Source: an uncultured virus (IMG/VR IMGVR_UViG_3300005573_000061)
Taxonomy: Duplodnaviria > Heunggongvirae > Uroviricota > Caudoviricetes
DNA: 64,000 bases
Virus record (IMG/VR): IMGVR_UViG_3300005573_000061
Strand: one strand, 5' to 3'
A program made the translations under genes and the position numbers. This document shows positions 1 to 10,421 of this stretch, piece by piece. The notes beneath the pieces were generated by a model. It was given only the letters and a program-made list of their open reading frames with translations. It did not search any database and was not told where the DNA came from. Numbering within the stretch: the stretch's first letter is position 1; each line of letters begins with the position of its first letter.

Positions 1-510
1 TAGATAGCACCAATCATAAGACCATTGACCACCAATGCCTGGTTCAATACCCTTAGGTGTCAATTGGTCTTTGATCCAAGTAAAAAAACCGGCCTCTCTC
101 TCAGCTAGGCCAGAGCCTTCGCACACTAAGCACTTACGTCTTCCATAAGGCTCTTCACCAGATCCATTACAACGAGCACATGCAATCTTTTCTAAAGATG
201 CATCTTTTTCATTCTCGTGTGAACCAAATCGTGCCTGTCCAAACTCTACTGGGTACTTGTCTTCATCCAGTGGCACACCCAATTGATTTTGTAGGCAACT
301 ATCACACACCGTCATACCACCTACATCATGCGCCACTGGATTCATATTACACAAAGAACAACGTGCGTCAGTTTGTTTAGCAGCCACCTTAGCCGTATTA
401 GGATAAGGATGGCGCTCCTCCAAAATTTCTTCAAGCTCAGGGTAATCTTGTGAAGCAATATGAAATTGTTCTTCCTCGGGATCTTCACCCCACAAGCTAG
501 TAAAAGGCAT
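1..510 (-). CDS. 5' part of a head-region protein with Zn-finger motifs; runs off the window
   Basis: Not in the ORF track (no stop in window). Manual translation from ATG 510, which overlaps the portal stop (TAATG): MPFTSLWGEDPEEEQFHIAS...CSLC...CDSC...CARCNGSG...CLVCEGSG...; open to position 1. Confidence 0.75.
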   Translation of the reverse strand, partial: MPFTSLWGEDPEEEQFHIASQDYPELEEILEERHPYPNTAKVAAKQTDARCSLCNMNPVAHDVGGMTVCDSCLQNQLGVPLDEDKYPVEFGQARFGSHENEKDASLEKIACARCNGSGEEPYGRRKCLVCEGSGLAEREAGFFTWIKDQLTPKGIEPGIGGQWSYDWCYL

Positions 511-2648
511 TATTCCATCTCGTATTCATATTTGTCGGGACCACTAATCAAACGATGTATACCCTCGGTAACTTCTATCTTTTCATCTCCCACCCACACC
601 GCAGTTTTCTTAGACAGAGCCTTCTTCTTAAACGATGCCCCCTTAAGAATACTAGATGCCTTTGGCATATCTGCTCTACGCTCATCCGATTCAGGTGGAC
701 GAGCAGGATATTGACCTGGCATAGGAATAACAACGCCTTGTGGTTGTGTAGCATCAGGAGCAGTGGGATCTGGCAATTGACCAGTTTGAGGATCAGGGGC
801 TTCAGCAGCCATATAATCTTCAGGGGTTGGATTCAATGCAGGCTGCATAGTTGGGGGCATAGCCACCATATTAGGCATAGGCATAGGCATACTTTCTGTC
901 CGAGGCTCTTGTGCATCCGCAGCCTTTGGTCGGAATGTATCCTCTAATTCTTGGGGCAAAGGATAGCCACGCTGAGAAAGCGCCAAGTAAGTTTCCTTCT
1001 GAACCTGAGCATCAGCCACAGCATCCTTTACACGCTCTTGAATTACCATCTCTCGCTCTTCGTCCAGATCAATAGGTACATTAATAAAGCGAGTACGAGC
1101 CGAAATAGCAATCCCCTGCTCCTGAGCCATATCAAACATCTGCTGACGAGTTACCTCATCCTTCATATCCATGGCCTTGATTTCTAATTCAGGTACTAAA
1201 AGCTTTGGTCGTTGGATAACTACTTGTTCGCCAGTTTCAGGATCCTTCTTTAATACCTCTTCTTGAATTAGATACTTTTCGCCATTCTCTTCACGATAGT
1301 CATAATGCTCTTGCGCTTCAGCTACAACAGCGGCACGCTGATAAAAGAATCTCTTTACGATCTTTTGCGCACGCTCTAGCAACTGACTCATAATATCTAA
1401 GTTAAGAGCATCAGCCGCATATGTTTCACCATCGCCTGCACCATTGAGCATAGTGCGAGACATACCGAATATCTGTAATTGACGTTCGGCCAAACGATCA
1501 AAATCTGGTCCCAAGTCAGGCATAACCTCACGACCAAAGACTGATTCCATATCTAGGGCAAAATGATGTGTAAGCACACGGAAGTCAGCGGACAGAGCGG
1601 CATCCAGAGACTCCTCAAAATTCGCTAGATCCATTGGAGTGGGTACCCATGGTATTTGGGTGCCCAGATCCGTTGCGGAGGCTCCTAATTTAGCCAGGAT
1701 TAAAGGCGTGTACAAACGAGATGCGATAGCATCCTGAGCAGCATTAAGCATTTCCTCTTGGAAAATGGCACGAAAGCCACGCATCAAGATAGGAATACCA
1801 CGAGGATGGAACGTATCAGCCTTGAATGCAATCTGCTTTAGAACTACATCCGAAACTGGCATACGAGCATCATCACCCATGAAGTGCATAAGCTCAGGAT
1901 ACTCTCCTACCAACTGCTCATATTCCCAACGTGGCTCACGCTCACGCAGAATCTTACGTAGCTGTTCCGGCAAGCGCATTTCAAAACGAGGGTGGCGCTT
2001 ACGCAAAGGTGGAACAATTACATCGATATCATCAGGGTTTAAAAGCTCATCATCTTCCCAAATACCTAGAGCCGCATTCCATTGCCCCATAGGCCAAGCT
2101 TCACCAGCTAGCCAATATTCATGCAAAATATCAGCCAAATATTCGTCGTAATTAAGATCCTCAATAAACAAGGTGTTATAAAAATCTTCAATTTCAGGAT
2201 CCTTACATTTAATATGCAATCCCTGAAGAGGATACTTAGAAAAAATATCAATAGCTGATGCGATCAAAGGATGTGTCAAATAAAGCAAACGAGCATAGTG
2301 TCGAATGATGACTAATTCTTCCTCTTTCCAAATATCATATGGAAGGTTGTTTTGCTTCCAATAAAACATCGGATCTTGAGGACGGCCGGTGGCAAAGCTA
2401 ATACCGCCGCCTTGCGCATAGCCACCAACTAAATCAGCTTGCTTACGTACACCTTGAGCATTGATACGTCTATTCTTACGCATCTCTGCAATGAGACTTG
2501 CGTTAGGATCATCTCTTTTTAATTCTTCTTTTCCCATTTGGAGAGCTTCAGAAGAAAGACTTGTTAAGATATCAGAGTCTCGGCGGCTAGCAGTTGTTAC
2601 CTTATGCTCACCATGTGGCGTCCAAAATGATTCTCCCGAAATTGACAT
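510..2648 (-). CDS. Portal protein
   Basis: 712 aa; HPLIASAIDIFSKYP, EYWLAGEA and RGIPILMRGFR segments typical of large-phage portals; Pro-rich tail; head-gene context. Confidence 0.8.
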   Translation of the reverse strand: MSISGESFWTPHGEHKVTTASRRDSDILTSLSSEALQMGKEELKRDDPNASLIAEMRKNRRINAQGVRKQADLVGGYAQGGGISFATGRPQDPMFYWKQNNLPYDIWKEEELVIIRHYARLLYLTHPLIASAIDIFSKYPLQGLHIKCKDPEIEDFYNTLFIEDLNYDEYLADILHEYWLAGEAWPMGQWNAALGIWEDDELLNPDDIDVIVPPLRKRHPRFEMRLPEQLRKILREREPRWEYEQLVGEYPELMHFMGDDARMPVSDVVLKQIAFKADTFHPRGIPILMRGFRAIFQEEMLNAAQDAIASRLYTPLILAKLGASATDLGTQIPWVPTPMDLANFEESLDAALSADFRVLTHHFALDMESVFGREVMPDLGPDFDRLAERQLQIFGMSRTMLNGAGDGETYAADALNLDIMSQLLERAQKIVKRFFYQRAAVVAEAQEHYDYREENGEKYLIQEEVLKKDPETGEQVVIQRPKLLVPELEIKAMDMKDEVTRQQMFDMAQEQGIAISARTRFINVPIDLDEEREMVIQERVKDAVADAQVQKETYLALSQRGYPLPQELEDTFRPKAADAQEPRTESMPMPMPNMVAMPPTMQPALNPTPEDYMAAEAPDPQTGQLPDPTAPDATQPQGVVIPMPGQYPARPPESDERRADMPKASSILKGASFKKKALSKKTAVWVGDEKIEVTEGIHRLISGPDKYEYEME

Positions 2649-4396
2649 TATCTCTCACTTCTGATGACGCCTATCACTTCGTCACGATTGTCTGCAAAAT
2701 GGATGGCTAAATGACGCATGTATTCCTCTTGAGGTAATACACCTTCATGTGTCAAGTATACCTTTTTTGATTGACGCATCCAAGGCGCAGAATCCTTAGA
2801 CGGATCCTGATCTTCTTCATCTTGAGGTGAACCTAATTGGCTTCCATCGGGATCTTGTTCACCTGGATCTTGAGGTTGATCGCCTTGACCCGGAGGACCC
2901 TGATCATCGGCAGGAGAAACTAATCCGGAGGCTTCATTGGGATCTTGACCGGCGGGCATTCCAGGCATTTGATAAGGAATACCATTGATAGTCTGAGGCA
3001 TTCCCATGTGCTCAGGCTGCACCTGCACAGTAAAGCAGGTCCCACAGAAATCACATTCTACTGTACCATCCGAACGACCGACTACCTGACCTGATCCGCA
3101 AAATGGGCAATTGCCAGTATTGATAAATCCATCTAACACAAAATTTTCGGTGTTATGAACGTAAGGACAAAATACCTCTTCTATCCGATCAGTTGCCTCT
3201 ACAGCAACCACTGTCCATCCCATACGCTCATAGTTAGCTCGACTAGTTTGCTGTTCAAATCTTTGACGATGATCTTCAATCAAGAAAAAGTCGGGATCAA
3301 GCGTCGAATTTACAAACTGCATAGAATAAAGCGTAGACGGCTCATCACCATAACCCTGACGCTCCTCGGCAACAATATCATAGGTGCTAATTCCAAGAAT
3401 GGTAACAGCTACCATTTGAGCAAACTCTAAATCCGCTACCTGAGCAGAACACAGAATGGCTTGTCCATCCTTCGTTACGCTTCCATCAGCAGCAAAATAT
3501 CCTGCTAACCAACCGTAAAGATACGACACTCCCTCATCCAAAGATGGGTAGCTCTTAAATGAACGAGGAAGATTGGTTATTCTCCATCCAAGAACACCAT
3601 TTGGGGTCTTTTCACGATATGTTTCGCTATTATTGAAATAAGGAAGAAGCTGCTCGTCCTTATCTCCCCACAATCTAACCAAAGATCCGTATTTATTAGC
3701 GGTACCATCACCAAAAACCACCCCATGAGCGATACCAAATGTAGATGGTGTACTCTGCTTAGCTAGTGGCTTAGGTAAAGCAAATGCTAATCTGTCATTC
3801 TTTTTTAGATCAGTTGTTATAACAGACCTGATTGTATCTCTACTATTACGAACTAACCATCTGTGACCAGAGGTAGCATAAATAGTCTTTGTACGCTTAT
3901 TTCTTTGAAGATTAATAGCATATAATTGCTGCTCGCCACCCGAGAAGATGCGAGCCTCTTGCCATGTAGCAACACCAGATTCACTAGCTGTCAAAATCTC
4001 CTGTACAGTATCAACTGTATCAGCCAAAGTCTTTAACCCATCTCGGGTCCAATACTTGGTGTCACCCCCAAAGCAATGGAATATCGTTTGGCCGTCACCA
4101 GAATCATGAGCCACATACTGCATAGCATGTGATCTAATTGGGTTAAATCTATCAGCTACTCGTGCCAAAAATCCCCTTTTCTCATGATAATTATTAGGAT
4201 CGGAAGGCTTTTTATTCTTGGTAGACTCGGGACCCTCAGTATTACCTTGACCCTGCACCCCTTTATCCGAGATGCTAATTAGATGATGGATACCACCTTT
4301 AGCACACTTGCCATTTTGTTGAACCGTACATTTGCATTTAGTGCAATACATGGGGGTATCCGCAGAAGGATCAGCCATATTATTTTTATCGGCCAC
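2648..4396 (-). CDS. Zn-ribbon (CPFC...CDFC) head-region protein interrupted by a LAGLIDADG intein
   Basis: Exteins rejoin as HDSGDGQTIFH|CPFCGSGQVVGRSDGTVECDFC; about 260 aa after splicing. Confidence 0.75.
   Translation of the reverse strand: MADKNNMADPSADTPMYCTKCKCTVQQNGKCAKGGIHHLISISDKGVQGQGNTEGPESTKNKKPSDPNNYHEKRGFLARVADRFNPIRSHAMQYVAHDSGDGQTIFHCFGGDTKYWTRDGLKTLADTVDTVQEILTASESGVATWQEARIFSGGEQQLYAINLQRNKRTKTIYATSGHRWLVRNSRDTIRSVITTDLKKNDRLAFALPKPLAKQSTPSTFGIAHGVVFGDGTANKYGSLVRLWGDKDEQLLPYFNNSETYREKTPNGVLGWRITNLPRSFKSYPSLDEGVSYLYGWLAGYFAADGSVTKDGQAILCSAQVADLEFAQMVAVTILGISTYDIVAEERQGYGDEPSTLYSMQFVNSTLDPDFFLIEDHRQRFEQQTSRANYERMGWTVVAVEATDRIEEVFCPYVHNTENFVLDGFINTGNCPFCGSGQVVGRSDGTVECDFCGTCFTVQVQPEHMGMPQTINGIPYQMPGMPAGQDPNEASGLVSPADDQGPPGQGDQPQDPGEQDPDGSQLGSPQDEEDQDPSKDSAPWMRQSKKVYLTHEGVLPQEEYMRHLAIHFADNRDEVIGVIRSER
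3110..4075 (-). mobile_element. Intein (322 aa) with LAGLIDADG homing endonuclease
   Basis: Block A CFGGDT, block B ATSGHRW, LAGLIDADG motifs IAHGVVFGDG and WLAGYFAADG, C-terminus FVLDGFINTGN followed by Cys+1. Confidence 0.9.
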
Positions 4397-4891
4397 TTAT
4401 CCTCCTAAAACAGCATCAAGTGCATTCAAAGTAATCCGGTTTACAAAATTATCTGCTTCGTCTTCATCTAAATTAGAAATTACACTACGCAAAATAGGAT
4501 GAGAGCGAATATGTTGAGCTATAGATACTATAGCTTCCTCCGCAACCCCATCAAAATTAGGTAACTCACCAGCGTTAGCCAAAGCATTAATTAATCCCTC
4601 TTCACCACCACGATCATAAACGTTACGCACCGCTACAGTAGAAAGATTAGACTCATCAATCGTACCATCATAAAGAGAATCCTCAATAGAATTTCGAGGG
4701 GTAGCAATAACGGTTATATCATCAGGAGAAACCAAAACGGCTCCTCCTGTGCGATTACCCGTGGTCATAAGTACATGAGCAGAATTACCATTGAAAAGAA
4801 GAACTTTGCCTTCATCACCAATGTCAAGTCCATCTCGGTTATATCCACCGCAATAGGCTACCTTTGATCCTTCAACGATAATCTGACTCAT
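4397..4891 (-). CDS. Hypothetical protein
   Basis: Start moved to ATG 4891 (MSQIIVEG), just after the upstream stop at 4893-4895; abuts the next gene. Confidence 0.65.
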   Translation of the reverse strand: MSQIIVEGSKVAYCGGYNRDGLDIGDEGKVLLFNGNSAHVLMTTGNRTGGAVLVSPDDITVIATPRNSIEDSLYDGTIDESNLSTVAVRNVYDRGGEEGLINALANAGELPNFDGVAEEAIVSIAQHIRSHPILRSVISNLDEDEADNFVNRITLNALDAVLGG

Positions 4892-4892
4892 T

Positions 4893-7478
4893 TTACTTTG
4901 TACCAGGGTTTCTAAGTTGACGAGGACCCGGATGTACCGTGGTTTCTCCACTGATTGGGTCAAATGCCGATGGTGTAAATGGAGCAGAGCCCTTTAGGCC
5001 AATGTAGCCGCAGTTATGACATACATTAATACGAGGATCAAAACCAGGGACCTGGCACTGAGGACAAGTGCTATAGGTAATATCGTCACTTTCTACGGGC
5101 CAATCGTAGCCCCCTCTAGCCGTCTTGAGCATAGATGGATAACGACTTAGGGTTTCATGAGCCAATTGAACCGCAGCTACACGAGACATGCCAGGATTTG
5201 TGGTCAAAATACCATCGACCATTTCCTTAACCTTAGCAGCCGTCATTTGATTATTGACCATCTGCTGCGCAACAGGAACACCAATAGATGGCTGTTGCTT
5301 AGGCGCATTTGGGTTGTGCGCTGGCTTTTGACGTGGACGAGTAGTCTTTGCCACTGTTTGATCATTCATTAATGCACTAGCGCCACTTCCTCCAACACTT
5401 TCGCCCTGAAGATTAGATGGATCAAAATTGCCACCAGGATCATTACCGGTCATATCCACACTTGCACCAGTACCACCAGCACCCTCATTCATAGAGGTAT
5501 CCGATGATGTGTTGGGCGAAAACGTATCATTACCGGTGCCAAGGTCAGCATATTTAGCTGCCTCAGAAAACACCTTATCATGATGGTGCTCATCGAAAAT
5601 CTTGCGTGCCTCAGACTTATCGGAACTGCTGATATTCTTGTCGCAATGCTTACACTCAATGCTCCAAATCTGCTTTTCATCCGAAGGGCGAGGACCAAAC
5701 ATTGTTACGCCTGGAGCCTGCCACATATCACGAGCCTCTTTGATGCTGGCACGCTTGACCTCATGAGGATGCCTTTTAGCCATATGAGCTTCTAGCTCAG
5801 AAGCAGGAATCTCTTCACCACAAATTGGACATGTCTTTAGCAAAGGACTTGTGTTGGCCGATTCTTTATCTAAAGGGCGGCGGCCCCGAGCATATGCGTG
5901 AGCTACAGCCGCAGACACCACCAATTCAGTATCTTCGGGAGACAGCTTGTAAACCTTAGCTCTGCGCTGCATTTCTTTCTTCACCGCTGGCACACTAGCC
6001 TCAGCAGGCATAGCATCTACCATATCTTGCGCAGCCCGAATAGCTTGAACATGAATAGATCCAGTCTTCTTATTAGAGCCCTCTCTTTGCATATCTTCTA
6101 CTTCAGAGACTTCATCGTCGTCATCTGCCATGAAAATCAAAGAGCCATGCTTATGAGCCTCCATAGCCTCAAAAGACTTTTGAGCCTCTTCCTCAGAAGG
6201 ATGACGAGAAAGCACCTTGCCCGTACCCTTTTGGGTAATCTCCCATTGTTTACCCGGAGCACCACTAGGATTATGCTTGATGAATTTGTTACCTACTACC
6301 TCAATACTACCGAACTTACCTACATAGTAGCCACGCACAATATCTTTGGGGTCAGCAGTCTCTAAATCCTCGTCGCCAGAAATACCCGTTACTGATGGGT
6401 TCTCGCCATTATTGGCGCCCGGCCCGGCAACATATGGACCTTCGCTTGCATCGGCTACACCAATACCATTACCCATATTGACACGGGTGTCATGATTGGT
6501 ACGCTCCCATGCGTCAATTTGCTGCTGTAGCTGAGGAGTATAGTCGGTGGTTTGATCAGCTTCAGTACCCCAAACAGTCTGAGATGTATAGCCAGGTGCA
6601 TCAGTAATCAAAGCTGTGTGCTCACGACCCTTGAGATTCTTCAGATCCTTGCGATAACGATCTTCCTCTTGATTCTTATCAAAACGCTCTTTCTTATCTT
6701 TAGGATTATCGTCATCTTCTACACGCTCAAGAGCCGAATTATCATCTTCTGCTTGAGCCTCACGATCTCGGTCCCACTTATTTTGAGAAGCACGATGACT
6801 GGAATCCCAACGCTCATCTCTTAAGCGTTGTTGCTCCTGTTTCTTATCGAATTCCTCTTGCTTATCCTTGGGATGATCATCATCATCTACACGCTTTTGT
6901 TCATCCTTAACCTTAGTTCCAACAGAATCATCATGGCTGTCGCCGTCGTGCTTCCAATTACCATCCTTACTATCGCTCTTCCATGCAGCAGTAGGATTAA
7001 AACCATCCTTAGCATGAGCGGGTCCGTCAATCTTCCAACTGGATCCACAATTACGGCAATTGTAGGGAAGGTTCCAAGGTGCAACACCTTCGGAATTCTT
7101 GTTGCCAGCAGCAACTACGCCTACATTTTGAGACTTACAAGTTGGACAAGTCATTCTAGAAGGCTTGACGCTTACCTGAGATGATCCCTGAGTCTCAGGG
7201 GACATAGATGCCGCACTTACCTGCATCCAATCATCACGATAACTTTCCAAGACTTTATTAGCCAAAACTGCATGATCCGCAGGAGAATCAGCAATGTGAG
7301 AGATTGCTCTAGTTACATTCTCAGTTATCAATGCGCATGCATGATCAAAGCCACGTTGAGAAGTAGCCTGTGCAAGAATAGGCCAATATTGCGCCGTGGC
7401 AACACGAGCCATCGACAGCTTTCTAGATTCTGCTTCTGCCTCAGCGTCTATCGAGGCTATAGTCCACAAGTCGCTCAT
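4893..7478 (-). CDS. Large multi-domain low-complexity protein with several Zn fingers (putative internal head protein)
   Basis: 861 aa; CPTC/CRNC, CPIC..H..H, CKHC..H and CPQC/CHNC motifs separated by charged or disordered linkers; near portal. Confidence 0.6.
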   Translation of the reverse strand: MSDLWTIASIDAEAEAESRKLSMARVATAQYWPILAQATSQRGFDHACALITENVTRAISHIADSPADHAVLANKVLESYRDDWMQVSAASMSPETQGSSQVSVKPSRMTCPTCKSQNVGVVAAGNKNSEGVAPWNLPYNCRNCGSSWKIDGPAHAKDGFNPTAAWKSDSKDGNWKHDGDSHDDSVGTKVKDEQKRVDDDDHPKDKQEEFDKKQEQQRLRDERWDSSHRASQNKWDRDREAQAEDDNSALERVEDDDNPKDKKERFDKNQEEDRYRKDLKNLKGREHTALITDAPGYTSQTVWGTEADQTTDYTPQLQQQIDAWERTNHDTRVNMGNGIGVADASEGPYVAGPGANNGENPSVTGISGDEDLETADPKDIVRGYYVGKFGSIEVVGNKFIKHNPSGAPGKQWEITQKGTGKVLSRHPSEEEAQKSFEAMEAHKHGSLIFMADDDDEVSEVEDMQREGSNKKTGSIHVQAIRAAQDMVDAMPAEASVPAVKKEMQRRAKVYKLSPEDTELVVSAAVAHAYARGRRPLDKESANTSPLLKTCPICGEEIPASELEAHMAKRHPHEVKRASIKEARDMWQAPGVTMFGPRPSDEKQIWSIECKHCDKNISSSDKSEARKIFDEHHHDKVFSEAAKYADLGTGNDTFSPNTSSDTSMNEGAGGTGASVDMTGNDPGGNFDPSNLQGESVGGSGASALMNDQTVAKTTRPRQKPAHNPNAPKQQPSIGVPVAQQMVNNQMTAAKVKEMVDGILTTNPGMSRVAAVQLAHETLSRYPSMLKTARGGYDWPVESDDITYSTCPQCQVPGFDPRINVCHNCGYIGLKGSAPFTPSAFDPISGETTVHPGPRQLRNPGTK
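6657..6893 (-). repeat. Internal 23-aa duplication in the 861-aa protein
   Basis: RVDDDDHPKDKQEEFDKKQEQQR (6825-6893) vs RVEDDDNPKDKKERFDKNQEEDR (6657-6725). Confidence 0.85.
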
Positions 7479-7487
7479 TTAACTACC

Positions 7488-9875
7488 TTATCTTAGATTC
7501 TTCTGCACAAGCATTTTAGCTTTTAACAAACGACCCTCTTTACCCTCCGGATACTGAGGTTGATTCAAATCATCAGGATCTCCAGGACCACCCTGTATAC
7601 CAGGAGTAGGTACATTAGATACAGCAGCAGCGCCAGTACCGGGAGCCTCCTGAAGCCATTGATTTGCATTGAACATCTCACCGTGCTCATTGGTTCCATA
7701 ACCTTGAACAGGTACAGTACCCAACCCGGTTTCACCAGTCTGGGAGTAATCAATGTGACGATTAGAGCTATAAGCCTCTTCGTAACCCTCTGTAGATTCT
7801 GCTTGTCCCTGAGGAGTACGTGCGTACTGACTACGATCTGGCTCGTAAGTCTTTCCCTTTTGATCTACGCCACGGCCTGGAAGATCCTCGGCAAACTTGG
7901 TTACTTCAGCCAAATGCAACGCAGAAAGAGATGCTTTCATACGATCATTCTGTGCATCCTGGTCTTCATCTTCACCTGAATTAGCACCCACATTGAATGC
8001 ACGATCGGAAGTAACCTCAGTAGGACCAGTATTAGGATAATCGGTCAACCAATCAAACCATTCACCATCCTTGATTTCAGGACTATCTGGGGCAAATGGA
8101 AGCGAAGATGCAGCACCCCCATACTGCTCGTGAATCTGTTGCTGAGCAGCGGGGGTATTTCCGTCCGGATATCCCGCCATAGGATTTTTACCTAGATTAT
8201 CACCGTGCGGATCTGGTTTGAATCCACGATCAGCCCAACGATGCATAGCCACTACAGGAATGGTGGTGTTATCTGGAGATGGAGAAACAGCGCTCATAGA
8301 TCCAGCCCAATGCTCTTCGTCTAGTGGATAAGATCCAGCATCCTTACGATTATTGTAATCCTCAAAAGTTTGCTTAGGTCCATTGAAATTCTGCGAAGAA
8401 GTCTTCACTGGATTAGGACGCAAAACCGTGGAATAAGAGTTACCGTAGCGAGGAATTACACCATCTTTACCGGTTACACGGTGCTTAGTGTGAATATGCC
8501 ATAATCCGCCCTGATCCCCCATAGCGCCACCATCGCCAGCATAGGAAACCCCCATCACATCGTGATCAGGCATTCCTAGAATCTTATCGCCCTTCTTGAC
8601 CTCATGAGGCATAAGGCTCAACTGTGTATAGGGAGAATTAGCGGCGATACGACGAGAAGCTGTTGTAGTGTTAGGAAGATCGTCATCAATTGTATTAGCT
8701 TCATCATCAGGCATCTTACTGGTTCCACCAGTGGGATCATATCCATCAGGAGCAACCATAGAAGGAAGTCCAGGCTCTCCCTCTAGATTCTGAGCAGGAG
8801 GCCATGCTGCATTGCCGTTATCAAGCGGAAGTGCCACCCCCATATCTGGCATTTCTTCAGCCATGGGATTATAGTTGACACCATTTAGCGCTCCACCCTC
8901 TTGTAAATAAGGATCGGGGGTAACTAATGGTGTCATATTTAGTGACAACGAAGAATCGGACGGTACGCCAAAGGGAGCGTGGCCCTTAGATGTGGGAGGC
9001 AAAACCTGAGGAGGAGAAGACCATGGAGTAATAAAGCCCTCTGGCACTCCCCCATCTCCCCATGCTTGCTTCAGCAAACGGCCAGCAGTGAACATGAATG
9101 TTTCATAACCAGCATTTGCCTGAGAACCCAAAGAAGAAGAAACTCTACGAGCCTTCCCCTTAGCTTGCTCAGAGAATTCCTCTACATCTGCACGAACCTC
9201 TGGAGAAACATTATTGAACCAATTAGATGCCTCCGAAATCATAAGTTGATTTACGTGCTCAGATGCGATATTAGGCTCAGCAACCGTACCGAGCCAGTCG
9301 GTGCTAGCGGTAACATGCTCATGCACAGCTACAGGATGCATTACATCATTGATATATGCGTCAGCTAACGCTACTTCACGATCTGCTTGAATAGCAAGAC
9401 GAGACTTAGCACGTAAACCCTCCAAATCAGCAGCCAAAGCTGCGGCTTCATCTGGGGTTGCCTTAGCCATAGCGGTCAAGATTTCGGTTTCACGCATATT
9501 TCTACTTCCATTAACTTGCTGAAGCTGAGCGGGGAAAGGTTGAGATACATGAGTAGAAGCGGGCTGCTGAGAAACAAACTGAATTAGATGACCACTATCT
9601 GGCTCAAGATCAGCCTCAGCTTGACTCAAAGTTACATAGCGCTCAGATTGTGGCTCTCCCGTTTCATTAACTAAATAATAACCTGGACCACTATATCCTG
9701 CTGCTGTGCGCTGGTTCTTATGCATCTTACGTTTAACCGCTCTCTCATCTTTGGTGAGGTTTCTGCGCTGAGCAGAAGGATTGTTTGCTGCTCGCATTGA
9801 CTCGTAAGTTGGTTCGTCTACTTCATCCATTTGCTTCTTAGATTTAGCAGAATCTAATTGAAAACCTACAAGCAT
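7488..9875 (-). CDS. Large Pro/Gly/Asp-rich protein (putative internal head or scaffold-like protein)
   Basis: 795 aa; helical segment followed by long disordered stretches; head-gene context. Confidence 0.55.
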   Translation of the reverse strand: MLVGFQLDSAKSKKQMDEVDEPTYESMRAANNPSAQRRNLTKDERAVKRKMHKNQRTAAGYSGPGYYLVNETGEPQSERYVTLSQAEADLEPDSGHLIQFVSQQPASTHVSQPFPAQLQQVNGSRNMRETEILTAMAKATPDEAAALAADLEGLRAKSRLAIQADREVALADAYINDVMHPVAVHEHVTASTDWLGTVAEPNIASEHVNQLMISEASNWFNNVSPEVRADVEEFSEQAKGKARRVSSSLGSQANAGYETFMFTAGRLLKQAWGDGGVPEGFITPWSSPPQVLPPTSKGHAPFGVPSDSSLSLNMTPLVTPDPYLQEGGALNGVNYNPMAEEMPDMGVALPLDNGNAAWPPAQNLEGEPGLPSMVAPDGYDPTGGTSKMPDDEANTIDDDLPNTTTASRRIAANSPYTQLSLMPHEVKKGDKILGMPDHDVMGVSYAGDGGAMGDQGGLWHIHTKHRVTGKDGVIPRYGNSYSTVLRPNPVKTSSQNFNGPKQTFEDYNNRKDAGSYPLDEEHWAGSMSAVSPSPDNTTIPVVAMHRWADRGFKPDPHGDNLGKNPMAGYPDGNTPAAQQQIHEQYGGAASSLPFAPDSPEIKDGEWFDWLTDYPNTGPTEVTSDRAFNVGANSGEDEDQDAQNDRMKASLSALHLAEVTKFAEDLPGRGVDQKGKTYEPDRSQYARTPQGQAESTEGYEEAYSSNRHIDYSQTGETGLGTVPVQGYGTNEHGEMFNANQWLQEAPGTGAAAVSNVPTPGIQGGPGDPDDLNQPQYPEGKEGRLLKAKMLVQKNLR

Positions 9876-9900
9876 TTAATATATCTCCAATAAAATGGTT

Positions 9901-10131
9901 TCATCCTTTTTGTGGTGTGGAACCCCCTACCACATTCTTATGTGAAATTTTCTTGGTGCGTCGAGCTATTCCTAACAGGATATGCTCTTGTTGCTTTCTA
10001 TTAGAAGTTAGAGGGACTATATAATCCTCGTTCTTCCATTCTACAAAACCATTAGATCCCCGTCCAAAATGAAAAGGATGGAGCCCCTGTTCTTCGCAGG
10101 CAGTTCCATCGCTCACTGCATCACAATTCAT
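9901..10131 (-). CDS. Hypothetical protein
   Basis: 76 aa, ATGA overlap with upstream gene. Confidence 0.55.
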   Translation of the reverse strand: MNCDAVSDGTACEEQGLHPFHFGRGSNGFVEWKNEDYIVPLTSNRKQQEHILLGIARRTKKISHKNVVGGSTPQKG

Positions 10132-10421
10132 CTTGCCCTCGCTATAATCCGTGGTAGGTCTAAATAATTCTCGGGGATCTCATATTGCTCCCCAATTACC
10201 ACCCCAATTAACTCTTCTTGCTCATCAAATACTCGGCGCACCCTTCCAATAAAAAAGGATCCATTGCGATTATATTGATCTGTAAAATCACCTACATGGT
10301 CATACCAGGGAGCAATAGCACGACCATGTAGGTGCAAATAAACTTCTTCTCCATCCTTAACTTGCGTGGGAACTAACCATTCTAAAGCTGGTAATTTTAA
10401 TTGCTCAGTTTCCTCAGACAT
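10128..10421 (-). CDS. Hypothetical protein
   Basis: 97 aa, coupled in operon. Confidence 0.6.
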   Translation of the reverse strand: MSEETEQLKLPALEWLVPTQVKDGEEVYLHLHGRAIAPWYDHVGDFTDQYNRNGSFFIGRVRRVFDEQEELIGVVIGEQYEIPENYLDLPRIIARAR

